Shown here: in pieces, positions 47,894-57,584 of the stretch | How the letters are laid out: each line of letters begins with the position of its first letter | Numbering within the stretch: position 1 is the first letter of the stretch | NCBI GenBank assembly: GCA_964387865.1 | Contig: CAYLXC010000002.1 | Span: forward strand, 18,676-82,675 | Source: an uncultured Gammaproteobacteria bacterium | Lineage (GTDB): Bacteria; Patescibacteriota; Microgenomatia; Daviesbacterales; UBA10151 | DNA: 64,000 nt | Reading direction: 5' to 3' | Notes under the pieces: generated by a model | Database searches by the model: none | Seen by the model: only the letters and a program-made list of their open reading frames with translations | Told to the model about the DNA's origin: nothing | Made by a program: the position numbers and the translations under genes

Positions 47894-48221
47894 AAAGATT
47901 TTTATTGCTCTAGTTTTGGTAATAATACTTACCATTATATTTACTATTTTAGACTCTGGGCTACGTATCAAGCAATTGAACTTACTAATTCAACCATTAA
48001 TTTTTGCCCTCGTAGCTACAATTAGCTTTCTTTTTGGATCATACAGAAAATTGCTTTTATTTTTTTCCGCCAATTTACTATCTTTAATGATTATTACTTA
48101 CCTATTTAACCTACTTGATGCTGCTAATTGGGTAGGAAGTTTGGGTTTTGGCATACTAATTATTGTTTTTTGTTCCTACATTCCAGTATTAATTAAAAGG
48201 GATCATATTGAAAAATTTTAA
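47880..48221 (+). CDS. Small 4-TM membrane protein (113 aa); partner of the family-A gene
   Basis: Start overlaps the last 14 nt of 44468..47893. Four predicted TM helices. Confidence 0.4.
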   Translation: MKETKKIFIALVLVIILTIIFTILDSGLRIKQLNLLIQPLIFALVATISFLFGSYRKLLLFFSANLLSLMIITYLFNLLDAANWVGSLGFGILIIVFCSYIPVLIKRDHIEKF

Positions 48222-49485
48222 ATTTATGTTTAATTCTATTTTTAAGACTGCAACCTTTCGACAATCTCAGATTACCATTTTTGGAACACTTATAAATGGC
48301 ACTTTAGGAGCACTTTTTTATATCCTGTTGGCACGCTTCTTAGGTCCTTCGGATTTTGGACTTATTACAATTGCCCTTACAACAATGGTTTTAATTGCGG
48401 ATATTGCGGATATTGGAACTAATACCGGTTTGGTCCGCTTTGTATCTTCAAATTTGGAAAGAAATAAAGAAAAAGCCTACAGGTTTTTAAAATTAAGTTT
48501 GGAAATTAAACTCATTGCTTGGGCAATATCTTTTTTGACCTTTTTTTTATTAGTGCCTTTTTTGGCAACGAACATCTTTCATAAGGAGCAGTTAATTTTT
48601 CCCTTAAGACTGGTTACTTTTGGAGTAGGAGGAGCGCTTCTTTTTACATTTGCAACATCCTCCCTGCAAGCTTATCAAAGATATTTTACCTGGAGCTTAA
48701 TAAATATCCTAACCAATTGCTTAAGACTCCTGTTAATATTAGCTTTAGGTTATTACACGATTCTTAATGTAGAAAACAGCCTATTTGTTTATATAGTTTT
48801 GCCCTTTTTCGGTTTTTTTGTGACGCTTTTTATTCTTCCTTCAGGAAAAATACTGCAGAGTAAAAATGAATTCAGTTTAGCTAAAGAACTTTTTAAATAT
48901 AATATCCCAGTTGCTATATTTACAATGATCGCTGCTTTTTCTGCAAGGTTGGATACTTATTTAATTGCCACTTTACTTTCTATCAGAGAGGTTGGAATAT
49001 ATGGAGCTGCAAATCAACTAGTACAGTTTATGCCACAACTTGTTTCTGCATTGGGTTTGGTTTCCTCACCAAAATTTGCATCTTTTGCAAATAACCGGCA
49101 AATGTTAATTTACTTTAGGAAATTCCAGTTTCTTGTTTCAGGACTTTGTGTACTAGGAATATTAACAATTCCTATCTCAGTTTATCTTATTCCGATACTT
49201 TTTGGCCCACAATATCAGGAGGCAGTTGTACCGTTTATCTTTTTATTTCTTGGGATGCTTATTTTCCTTTTCTCCATACCGGTACATCACAGTGTGATTT
49301 TTTATTTTGGCAGGCCTGATGTTTTTATATGGGTGTCCATAGGTCACTTATTAATAATCGGAGGATTAGGATATTTTATGATTTCCAGTTTTGGACTAGT
49401 TGGTGCATCAACAACAGTTTTAGTTGGAACAGTTTTTAACTTCCTAATTCCTTTTGGCTGGTTATTATATAAGTTAAGGAAATAA
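48208..49485 (+). CDS. Wzx-like lipid-linked oligosaccharide flippase (MOP superfamily, polysaccharide biosynthesis protein)
   Basis: 425 aa with about 12 TM helices. N-terminal 'ITIFGTLINGTLGALFYILLARFLGPSDFGLITIALTTMVLIADIADIGTNTGLVRFVS' is typical of Polysacc_synt/Wzx. TTG start at 48208, alternative ATG at 48226. Confidence 0.6.
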   Translation: MKNFKFMFNSIFKTATFRQSQITIFGTLINGTLGALFYILLARFLGPSDFGLITIALTTMVLIADIADIGTNTGLVRFVSSNLERNKEKAYRFLKLSLEIKLIAWAISFLTFFLLVPFLATNIFHKEQLIFPLRLVTFGVGGALLFTFATSSLQAYQRYFTWSLINILTNCLRLLLILALGYYTILNVENSLFVYIVLPFFGFFVTLFILPSGKILQSKNEFSLAKELFKYNIPVAIFTMIAAFSARLDTYLIATLLSIREVGIYGAANQLVQFMPQLVSALGLVSSPKFASFANNRQMLIYFRKFQFLVSGLCVLGILTIPISVYLIPILFGPQYQEAVVPFIFLFLGMLIFLFSIPVHHSVIFYFGRPDVFIWVSIGHLLIIGGLGYFMISSFGLVGASTTVLVGTVFNFLIPFGWLLYKLRK

Positions 49486-49493
49486 TATTTTCC

Positions 49494-50297
49494 ATGAAAA
49501 AAACAATCTGGGTAAATACTATAGTTAATAATGAAGAAAATTTTATCTATTTTGCAATTATGAGTATTGTGAATCATGTAGATAAAGTTTTAGTTTGGGA
49601 CAGCGGATCTGAAGACAAAACTGTAGAAGTAATAAAAGAGATTGAAAAAATTAAGGGTGAGAAAATTTTATTTAAAGAGGTGGGGAAAGTAAATGAGATT
49701 GAATTTACAAAGATGAGACAGAAAATGCTTAACGAATCCGATAGTGACTGGATTTTAATTTTGGATGGTGATGAAATCTGGTGGGAGGAATCAATAAAAA
49801 GGTTGAGAAAGACCATAGATAATAAGGGTGATCGGATTGACGGTATTTATGTGCCTATGATTTTGCCGGTAGGGGATATATATCATATCCAAGAAGAAAA
49901 AGCAGGTAAGTATCAAATTCATGGAAAGATTGGAAACATAAGTTTAAAAGCAATAAATAAGAAAATTCCTGGATTACATGTTGAATCACCATATGGAAAG
50001 GAGGGGTATATTGATGAAAATAATATTCCAGTTCAAGAAAGAGAAAATCTACTTTTTTTGGATGCACCCCTTTTACATATGACTCATTTAAAAAGATCAA
50101 GTGTAAGAAGACGGTTTGAAAAATTTAAGATTGAGTTAGGAAAGGAAGTACCCAAAAATTTTGCATTTCCTGAAGTTTTTTACAGAAAATATCCTTCCAT
50201 AATCCCCTCCCCTTGGAAGAGATTACAGGGTGTTGAACTATTTAAAGCAAAACTATTAACACCAATAAGAAAGCTTAAAAGGAGTTTATATGGGTAA
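49494..50297 (+). CDS. GT2-like (DXD) glycosyltransferase-family protein
   Basis: 'VLVWDSGSEDKTVEVIK' and 'WILILDGDEIWWEE' (DGD). Paralog of 54052..54804 ('VILDLGSTDNS', 'WILVLDPDEEI'). Confidence 0.45.
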   Translation: MKKTIWVNTIVNNEENFIYFAIMSIVNHVDKVLVWDSGSEDKTVEVIKEIEKIKGEKILFKEVGKVNEIEFTKMRQKMLNESDSDWILILDGDEIWWEESIKRLRKTIDNKGDRIDGIYVPMILPVGDIYHIQEEKAGKYQIHGKIGNISLKAINKKIPGLHVESPYGKEGYIDENNIPVQERENLLFLDAPLLHMTHLKRSSVRRRFEKFKIELGKEVPKNFAFPEVFYRKYPSIIPSPWKRLQGVELFKAKLLTPIRKLKRSLYG

Positions 50298-50985
50298 ATT
50301 TTCAGGATTTGAAACTTTGGAATCTATGAGTCAAGCAGTCTGGTATAACAAGTGGACTGTTAAAAAATTTGCACCATTTTTAAATGGAGATATTCTTGAA
50401 GTAGGTTGTGGTATCGGCAATTTCACAAATGCTCTCACAAAATTCGGAAATGTTTGGGCTATAGATGTAAAGAAGAATTATATTAAACAAACAAAAAAAA
50501 TAATTCTAGATAGTACAGAGGTAGGATTTGGAGATATTGAGAATGGTAAATACTTTTTTGATAAAAGAGCTTTCGATTGTATAGTTTGCTTAAATGTTTT
50601 AGAGCACATAAATTATGATACCAAAGCTTTAGTCAATATGTACAAGCTTTTAGCCACTAGTGGTGTTCTTATTATACTTGTTCCTTCTCATAACTTTTTA
50701 TTTGGTGAGATTGATAAATCAATTGGACACATCAGGCGTTATGAAAAAGATAGCCTTTTGAAAATACTTGAAAGCATTGGTTTTAAGATAAAATTTGTTC
50801 GAATTCTAAATTTTTTGGGTGCAATTGGCTGGTATGTTTGGGGTAAAATACTAAAGGATAAAAAAATAGATTTAGTTAGTATAAATTTATTTAACTTAGT
50901 AGCACCATTCATACTAAGTATGGAAAACTTAATTGAACCTCCAGTTGGCACATCTATTTTAATTATTGCAGAAAAAATTAAATGA
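50290..50985 (+). CDS. Class I SAM-dependent methyltransferase
   Basis: 'ILEVGCGIGNFTNAL', 'FDCIVCLNVLEHINYD'. An AAGGAG Shine-Dalgarno sits 5 nt upstream of the ATG. Confidence 0.7.
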   Translation: MGKFSGFETLESMSQAVWYNKWTVKKFAPFLNGDILEVGCGIGNFTNALTKFGNVWAIDVKKNYIKQTKKIILDSTEVGFGDIENGKYFFDKRAFDCIVCLNVLEHINYDTKALVNMYKLLATSGVLIILVPSHNFLFGEIDKSIGHIRRYEKDSLLKILESIGFKIKFVRILNFLGAIGWYVWGKILKDKKIDLVSINLFNLVAPFILSMENLIEPPVGTSILIIAEKIK

Positions 50986-51692
50986 AATTATCAATAATTA
51001 TCCCTCTTTACAATGAGGAAAAAACGATCAATAAGCTTTTATCAAAAGTTGTCCTTGCAAAGGTCCCGAAATCAATTAAAAAAGAGATTATTGTTATAAA
51101 TGATGGGTCAATTGATAATTCAAAGTTAAAAATTAAAAGTTTAAAGTTAAGAGGAGCAAAAAAAATTTATCATGAAAATAATTTGGGGAAAGGTGCTGCA
51201 ATAAGAAGTGGACTTAGGATTGCAAAGGGTGATTATGTAATTATTCAGGATGCTGATCTGGAATATGATCCAAACGATTATTCAAAATTATTATGGCCCA
51301 TCATACATAATAAGGCACTTGTTGTATACGGAACAAGACTCATCAATTATCCATTGAGGTTTTGGGGCAAGGACAAAACCGTATTGCCCTCACATCTTTT
51401 GGCAAATAAATTCTTGACTTTTTTGACTAATTTATTATATGGATCAGAATTAACAGATATGGAAACAGGTTACAAATTAATTGATGCAAATATTTTAAAA
51501 AAAATTAAATTTAAATCAAATAGATTTGATTTTGAGCCGGAAATTACTGCAAAGATTTTAAAATTAAAAATCCCAATTGTTGAGGTACCAATTGATGTTA
51601 AACCAAGGACTTATAAAGAGGGTAAAAAAATTAGTTGGAAAGATGGACTAATTGCAATTTGGACACTTATAAAATATAGAATTGTTGATTAA
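50982..51692 (+). CDS. GT2 polyprenyl-phosphate glycosyltransferase (DPM1/GtrB-like)
   Basis: 'LSIIIPLYNEEKTI', 'EIIVINDGSIDNS', 'IIQDADLEYDP' and 'ETGYKLIDANILKK'. Confidence 0.7.
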   Translation: MKLSIIIPLYNEEKTINKLLSKVVLAKVPKSIKKEIIVINDGSIDNSKLKIKSLKLRGAKKIYHENNLGKGAAIRSGLRIAKGDYVIIQDADLEYDPNDYSKLLWPIIHNKALVVYGTRLINYPLRFWGKDKTVLPSHLLANKFLTFLTNLLYGSELTDMETGYKLIDANILKKIKFKSNRFDFEPEITAKILKLKIPIVEVPIDVKPRTYKEGKKISWKDGLIAIWTLIKYRIVD

Positions 51693-51731
51693 ATTTAAAT
51701 TATTAGAATAATCGAAGTAAAATACGATAAG

Positions 51732-52679
51732 ATGAAGCTGTTATTTTTAAGTAGGTACCAAAATAATGTAGGAAGAGGAGCTGAAAATTTTGTTGAAGAG
51801 TTATCTAAAAGATTATCATACCATCATTCAATTGACATTTTTAGTGGGGAAGATGCAGATTATTTTAAAAAAGTAATATATGGAAATTATGATATTGTTA
51901 TTCCAATAAATGGAAGATCGCAAAGTTTAAAGGCATCTTTAGGAAGGATAATAGGAAGATATAAAATATTAATAACTGGACACAGTGGTATAGGATGGGA
52001 TGATATTCTAAATGTTTTGGTAAGACCGGATGTATTTGTTGCCCTTACTGATGGGCAAAAAAAATGGGCTAAGAATTGGGCATGGGGTAGTAAGATTATA
52101 AAAATCCCAAACGGTATAGATTTAGATAAATTTTCACCACATGGAAAAAAAATAAATATTGATTTACCAAGACCCATTATTTTATCTGTTGGTGCACTAG
52201 CTTGGTATAAATATCATGATAGGGTAATTGAGGCAATATCCAAACTAGGAAGAGGATCTGTATTAATTGTAGGGGACGGTCCTTTGAAAGAAAAACTCAT
52301 TAGAGCGGGTAAAAGCTTATTAGGAAGTAGGTTTAAAATAGCCTCATTTCAGTATGAAGATATGCCGAATATCTATCGCTGCGCTGATTTATTTACACTA
52401 CCTTCTTGGGATAGGGAGGCGTTTGGGATTGTGTATCTTGAGGCTATGGCTTCAGGATTACCAGTAGTTGCTCCTGATGATTTATCAAGAAGGGAAATTA
52501 TTAATGGAGCTGGAATATTAACAGATGTTTCAAAATCACAAGAGTATGCAAAGGCTTTAAATGATTGCTTGGAAAAAGATTGGAAAGATATTCCAAGAAA
52601 ACAAGCTGAAAAATTTTCCTGGGAGAAAGTATCTCAAATGTATGAAGAGGCAATGTTAAATATGTTAAAAGTAAAATAA
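51732..52679 (+). CDS. GT4-family (GT-B) glycosyltransferase
   Basis: 'REAFGIVYLEAMASGLPVVAPD' C-terminal GT-B motif. Confidence 0.65.
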   Translation: MKLLFLSRYQNNVGRGAENFVEELSKRLSYHHSIDIFSGEDADYFKKVIYGNYDIVIPINGRSQSLKASLGRIIGRYKILITGHSGIGWDDILNVLVRPDVFVALTDGQKKWAKNWAWGSKIIKIPNGIDLDKFSPHGKKINIDLPRPIILSVGALAWYKYHDRVIEAISKLGRGSVLIVGDGPLKEKLIRAGKSLLGSRFKIASFQYEDMPNIYRCADLFTLPSWDREAFGIVYLEAMASGLPVVAPDDLSRREIINGAGILTDVSKSQEYAKALNDCLEKDWKDIPRKQAEKFSWEKVSQMYEEAMLNMLKVK

Positions 52680-54055
52680 TGATTCAAAAATTACTAATAT
52701 CCCTCGTCTTATTTATTTTATCTATAATATTAATTGGTCAAAATCTCAGTAAACCTTTTTGGGGTGAACATGATTGGAATGGGGTAAGATATGGAAATAT
52801 TGCAAGAAATTATTTAAGGTATGGAATTTTAGATTTGCAATTTGCTCAAATTGAAAATTCAGGAACTTTAAATAACAAAAAGGAATACTTTACCCATTAC
52901 CCTCCCCTGTTGCCAATTATAATCTCACTTTCATATAAAATGTTTGGAATATCTGAGTGGTCTACAAGAATTGTTCCACTTTTTGCAACCTCTGGAAGCA
53001 TTGTTCTTATTTTTTTAATTGGTAATAAATTGTGGAATATAAAAACAGGAATTCTTGCAAGTCTACTTGCCTTATGTTTACCTATAATTCTTTATTTTGG
53101 AAAAAATCCTGTTCATGAACCAATTGTTTTATTTTTTATACTTTTGTCATTTCTTGCCTACCTGTACTTAAAATCATCGAATAACAAGATCTTTAAAATA
53201 TGGTTTATACTAGCCTTGATTGCTGCTCATTTTACAACATGGGCTGGGTATTTTTTATTGCCGGCTATAGCGCTTATAACACTAATTAGGAGAGATAAGA
53301 TTTTATTTAAAAGACTTATTTCATACTGGTTAATTCCGGTAATTATGTTTCCCCTATATTTAATATTTTTATACTTCCAAACAGGAAGCTTGTTGGGAGG
53401 AGATTTGTTAGGTGTATTTTTACAACGAAGCAGCATTTCTAAGGAGTTACAGCCAATGGATTTTAATTTAATTAACTATTTAGGAAAACTTAGACTCTGG
53501 TTTTTTAGTTTGTTTTCAGGCACGTTAGCTTTTATTGTATTTTTTTGGTTTATATATCACATAATAAAGAGATTTGGTAAGGCAGATTTACAATTACTAA
53601 CTTTACTCTTTTTTGGGATACCATATTTTGTATTTTTTCCAAACGCTGCTTTCATACATAATTATTTAGTATTTTATTTTGTGCCTTTTTTTGTTTTGGC
53701 AGTATCTCAAGCGATATGGAATCTAGCAGAAATTAAACCTCTAAAAAGATTAAGTTTTTTAGTTCCAATAATATTTCTTGTCCCTATCTTTTTTGAAAGA
53801 AAACCATTTCTTGACGTTTTATACAAAAGTCAAGGTGATAAATTTGAAGTGGAGGTAGGATGGGCTATCAATCAACAGACTAATTTGGATGATGTTATTT
53901 TGATATCTCCTTTTAAATTCTCATATTCGGCTGATAAGTTCTTAAGATTCTATTCAGATAGAAAGTTAATATATTCTGATTATGATGATATGGAACATAA
54001 TGTTAGAGTTTTAGTTGATACAGATAATCAAAAATTTGAGATAATTAAAAAATGA
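52679..54055 (+). CDS. GT-C membrane glycosyltransferase (ArnT/PMT-like, GT39/GT83-type)
   Basis: About 11 TM helices. 'KPFWGEHDWNGVRYGNIARNYLRYG' acidic first-loop motif typical of lipid-phosphate-sugar-dependent GT-C enzymes. Confidence 0.5.
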   Translation: MIQKLLISLVLFILSIILIGQNLSKPFWGEHDWNGVRYGNIARNYLRYGILDLQFAQIENSGTLNNKKEYFTHYPPLLPIIISLSYKMFGISEWSTRIVPLFATSGSIVLIFLIGNKLWNIKTGILASLLALCLPIILYFGKNPVHEPIVLFFILLSFLAYLYLKSSNNKIFKIWFILALIAAHFTTWAGYFLLPAIALITLIRRDKILFKRLISYWLIPVIMFPLYLIFLYFQTGSLLGGDLLGVFLQRSSISKELQPMDFNLINYLGKLRLWFFSLFSGTLAFIVFFWFIYHIIKRFGKADLQLLTLLFFGIPYFVFFPNAAFIHNYLVFYFVPFFVLAVSQAIWNLAEIKPLKRLSFLVPIIFLVPIFFERKPFLDVLYKSQGDKFEVEVGWAINQQTNLDDVILISPFKFSYSADKFLRFYSDRKLIYSDYDDMEHNVRVLVDTDNQKFEIIKK

Positions 54056-54804
54056 TTTCTACAGTTTATATTTCCTATAATGATGCACAAAAAATTAAAA
54101 ATAGTTTGGAAAGTGTAAAAAACTTTGCAGACGAAATTGTTATTTTGGACCTTGGATCCACTGATAATTCAAAGGAAATTGGTGAAAACTTCAAGGCAAA
54201 AATTTTTTATCATGATTATGTTTCTTATGTCGAATTAGTAAGAAACTATGCAAATGATTTGGCAAAGGGAGATTGGATTTTAGTTTTGGATCCTGATGAA
54301 GAAATATCTGAGAAATTGAAAAACAAATTAAAGGAAATTAGGAAGCAAAATAAATATGACGCGGTAAATATTCCAAGAAAAAATATTTTTTTTAATAAGT
54401 GGATTTCTCATACAAACTGGTGGCCGGATAGACATGTAAGGTTTTTTAAAAAAGAAAAAGTAAAATGGTCTGATAAAATCCATAAATACCCGAAGGTTAT
54501 TGGGAAAATTCTAAATTTGAATGCAAATGAGGAGTTGGCAATAATTCACCATGGTTATAAATCCATAGGTGAGTTTTTAGACAGGCAAAATAGATACGCA
54601 TCATCAAAGGCGGATAATTTATATGAGGAAGGGGCAAGATTTTCATATGGTCTGCTTATTTGGAATCCCGTAAGGGAGTTTTTGATACGGTTTATTAAAC
54701 ATAAAGGATTTCTGGACGGAATTTATGGATTCAGTCTTACACTTTTAATGATGATCTATCAGATGGAAGTTATGATTAAACTTTGGGAGAAGGAGAAAAA
54801 GTGA
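54052..54804 (+). CDS. GT2-like (DXD) glycosyltransferase-family protein (paralog of 49494..50297)
   Basis: 'ISYNDAQKIKNSLESV', 'VILDLGSTDNS', 'DWILVLDPDEEI'. Confidence 0.45.
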   Translation: MISTVYISYNDAQKIKNSLESVKNFADEIVILDLGSTDNSKEIGENFKAKIFYHDYVSYVELVRNYANDLAKGDWILVLDPDEEISEKLKNKLKEIRKQNKYDAVNIPRKNIFFNKWISHTNWWPDRHVRFFKKEKVKWSDKIHKYPKVIGKILNLNANEELAIIHHGYKSIGEFLDRQNRYASSKADNLYEEGARFSYGLLIWNPVREFLIRFIKHKGFLDGIYGFSLTLLMMIYQMEVMIKLWEKEKK

Positions 54805-56222
54805 TGATATGGATAATTTTGGTCTTGTCATTAACTTTGAGACTAATCAGTCTAAATCAGAGTCTTTGGCTTGATGAAGCAATTAATGTATTGGCTACCC
54901 AAAATTTTTCTCTTTTAGGAATGGTTACTGAGTATGCAAAAGCTGATTTTCATCCACCCCTCTATTTTATAATACTTTGGATTTGGACAAAAATGTTTGG
55001 AATCAGTGAATTTGCAGTGAGAATTCCCTCAGTAATTTTTGGCGTACTAACAATTTATTTAGTTTTTTTAATAGGCCAAAAATTACATTCTAAAACTTTA
55101 GGATTATTTTCCGCATTTCTCTTGGCAATAAATCCACTGCATATTTATTATTCTCAAGAAGCCAGAATGTATTCTTTGGCTGCGTTTGCAGTGTCCACTA
55201 ATGTCTTCTATCTAACAAAACTTATTCAGGGTGAAAAGCCAAGGTTTATTTTATTAATAATAAGCAATTTTTTAGTACTGACTTCAGATTACCTTGCATA
55301 TTTTATTTTTCCTGCCCAGCTAATTTTTTTGTTTATCCAAAGGAATAGAGAAACTATTAAAAAATGGCTTCTTGCATTAGGAGTTTCTGTGTTATTTAGT
55401 ATTTGGTGGTTGCCAATGTTATTAGCACAGCTAGATGTTGGAGCAGTTGCTGCAGAAAGACTTCCAGCATGGAAATTTATTGTGGGTGGTTTTGATTTAA
55501 GGGGAATTCCTCTAACTTTTGTAAAATTTATTATTGGGAGAATAAGTTATCCTGATAAGATAGTTTATGCAGTAACTTTATTACCTGTTTGCTTTTTATT
55601 TCTATACCTTATCTTTAGGGGGATAAGATTTATCGGAAGTATTGGAAAAAAATTACTCCTCTTATGGTTTGGAGTTCCCATTATTTTAGGAACTTTCATT
55701 TCACTTTTTATTCCCATTTACAGTTACTTTAGAATGCTTTTTACTCTTCCGAGTTTTATATTTTTAATTGCATTAGGTATTATTTCTTTTAAATCCCAAT
55801 TAAGATACGCTTTTTTACTTGCGGTCCTGTTAGTTGAGCTTTTTTCCACTTCCATATATTTATCAAATTCATCCTATCAAAGGGATGATTGGAGGGGACT
55901 TGTGAATCACTTGAAAATGACAGATAATAATTCATTAATTTTGTTTGAAAGCTCAGGAACACTACCTCCATTTGATTATTATGCCAAAGGAAGTTTAAAC
56001 GCAATAGGTGCTTTGAAGGATTTTCCAGCAATTAATAACAGTGATTTGGTTGATTTGGAAAGCATTTCAAAAAAACAAAAAGATATATATCTGATTGAGT
56101 TTTTGGTAGATATATCGGATCCAAATAGATTAGTTAATAAAAAGCTAGTTAGTTTGGGGTATAAACAAATTGAGATATTAAATTTTGTGGGTGTAGGATT
56201 TGTTTATCATTATGTTAAGTAA
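54804..56222 (+). CDS. GT-C membrane glycosyltransferase (ArnT/PMT_2-like, GT39/GT83 family)
   Basis: 'LWLDEAINVLATQNF...ADFHPPLYFIILWIWTKMFGISEFAVRIPSVIFGVLTIY' is a classic DE motif plus HPPLY. 11-13 TM helices. ATG at 54804 overlaps the upstream stop by 1 nt; the ORF track starts at a TTG at 54783. Confidence 0.65.
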   Translation: MIWIILVLSLTLRLISLNQSLWLDEAINVLATQNFSLLGMVTEYAKADFHPPLYFIILWIWTKMFGISEFAVRIPSVIFGVLTIYLVFLIGQKLHSKTLGLFSAFLLAINPLHIYYSQEARMYSLAAFAVSTNVFYLTKLIQGEKPRFILLIISNFLVLTSDYLAYFIFPAQLIFLFIQRNRETIKKWLLALGVSVLFSIWWLPMLLAQLDVGAVAAERLPAWKFIVGGFDLRGIPLTFVKFIIGRISYPDKIVYAVTLLPVCFLFLYLIFRGIRFIGSIGKKLLLLWFGVPIILGTFISLFIPIYSYFRMLFTLPSFIFLIALGIISFKSQLRYAFLLAVLLVELFSTSIYLSNSSYQRDDWRGLVNHLKMTDNNSLILFESSGTLPPFDYYAKGSLNAIGALKDFPAINNSDLVDLESISKKQKDIYLIEFLVDISDPNRLVNKKLVSLGYKQIEILNFVGVGFVYHYVK

Positions 56223-57567
56223 ACTAACAATTATTTTACTTGGGATAATCATTTTTGCTCATAGTCTAATTTTAACTAAACTATTTTTTTTTCCGTATCC
56301 GGAACTTTTTGTTTATCCTTATTTAACAAACCATGGATTAAAACCATATTATGAGATTTTAGATCAGCATTTTCCAGGACTGATGTTTTTTCCAATTAAT
56401 TTGGACAATCTGGGGATGAATACAGCAGAAGATGCGAGAATTTTGTTAATTGCATTAGTAATACTTACCCATGTTCTGCTTTTCTTAATAGGCAAAAAAG
56501 TTTTCAAAAGCGAAGGGAAGGCATTGCTCGTAAATTTTTTATATCTCGTTTGGCAACCGTTTTTTGAAGGATGGGTTTTTTGGATAGATAATTTTCTGCC
56601 GTTACTATTGCTCCCAGCATTCTATACCCTTTTAAAAAGAAAGATTTTTTTAGCAGGAATACTCATGGGTTGTGCAATTGTTTTTAAACAGGTATTGATA
56701 CCTCTTGCTTTGATAATTTCCATCTACTTATGGTGGGAAAGTAAAAAAATTAAGGTTATTATTAATTATATTTCAGGTTTATTTATTCCAATTTTACTGA
56801 TGGTTATTTATTTAATAAGTATTGGAGTTTTTAATGATTTTATATATTGGGCAATTATTTTTAACCTTACAATTTATGCGAAGTTTGGAAGAGGTATGGT
56901 GCCTGATTTAGCCCATCTTTCGAGAGTTGTGTTAGTCTTTGGTACTGCTTTCATAATTTTAAGAAAAATAAAAGAAAGAATAACTCAGTTGCTAATAATT
57001 TTCTTAATAGGAAGCTTAATTGGACTTTCCACAAGGTTTGATTTTGTGCACTTTCAACCAGCCTTACCTTTTGCTATCTTTGCAACAGTATTTGGATTGG
57101 GGAAATTGGAGAAATGGGGGAGATTGGGGAAAATCTTAATAGCAAGCTATGTACTTATTGCAGTATGGTGGGTGAACATTTTTTATAGGGGGCACATAGG
57201 GGATAAAGTTTTCTTTTTTGATTCTCAAACTATAGAGATTGCAAATAAAATCAAAGAGTACACAAATATGGGTGATAAGATTTTTGTTCTTGGAGCTCCG
57301 CCAATTTTGTATCAGATGACTAAGACAATCCCTGCAGGAAATATTTTTGTTTTTCAATTCCCTTGGTTTTTAAAAGTGGTTGAAGATAGAATTTTGGAGG
57401 GAATTATTATGGATAAACCAGATATAGTGGTTTCAGATAGGACCGTGAAAATTGAGGATCAACCCATCACAGAATTTGCAAAAGAAATTGATAAATATAT
57501 TCAGGAAAATTATGAAGTTATAGATCGGGTCGGAATAACAACTATTTTACGCCGCAAAACTCATTAA
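56200..57567 (+). CDS. Polytopic membrane protein (455 aa), possible GT-C-type glycosyltransferase (DUF2029/GT87-like)
   Basis: About 10 TM helices with a roughly 110-aa C-terminal soluble tail. No recognisable soluble catalytic motif. Translationally coupled in the GT-C/GT4 gene array. Confidence 0.3.
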   Translation: MFIIMLSKLTIILLGIIIFAHSLILTKLFFFPYPELFVYPYLTNHGLKPYYEILDQHFPGLMFFPINLDNLGMNTAEDARILLIALVILTHVLLFLIGKKVFKSEGKALLVNFLYLVWQPFFEGWVFWIDNFLPLLLLPAFYTLLKRKIFLAGILMGCAIVFKQVLIPLALIISIYLWWESKKIKVIINYISGLFIPILLMVIYLISIGVFNDFIYWAIIFNLTIYAKFGRGMVPDLAHLSRVVLVFGTAFIILRKIKERITQLLIIFLIGSLIGLSTRFDFVHFQPALPFAIFATVFGLGKLEKWGRLGKILIASYVLIAVWWVNIFYRGHIGDKVFFFDSQTIEIANKIKEYTNMGDKIFVLGAPPILYQMTKTIPAGNIFVFQFPWFLKVVEDRILEGIIMDKPDIVVSDRTVKIEDQPITEFAKEIDKYIQENYEVIDRVGITTILRRKTH

Positions 57568-57584
57568 TCTGCTACAATTGATTC

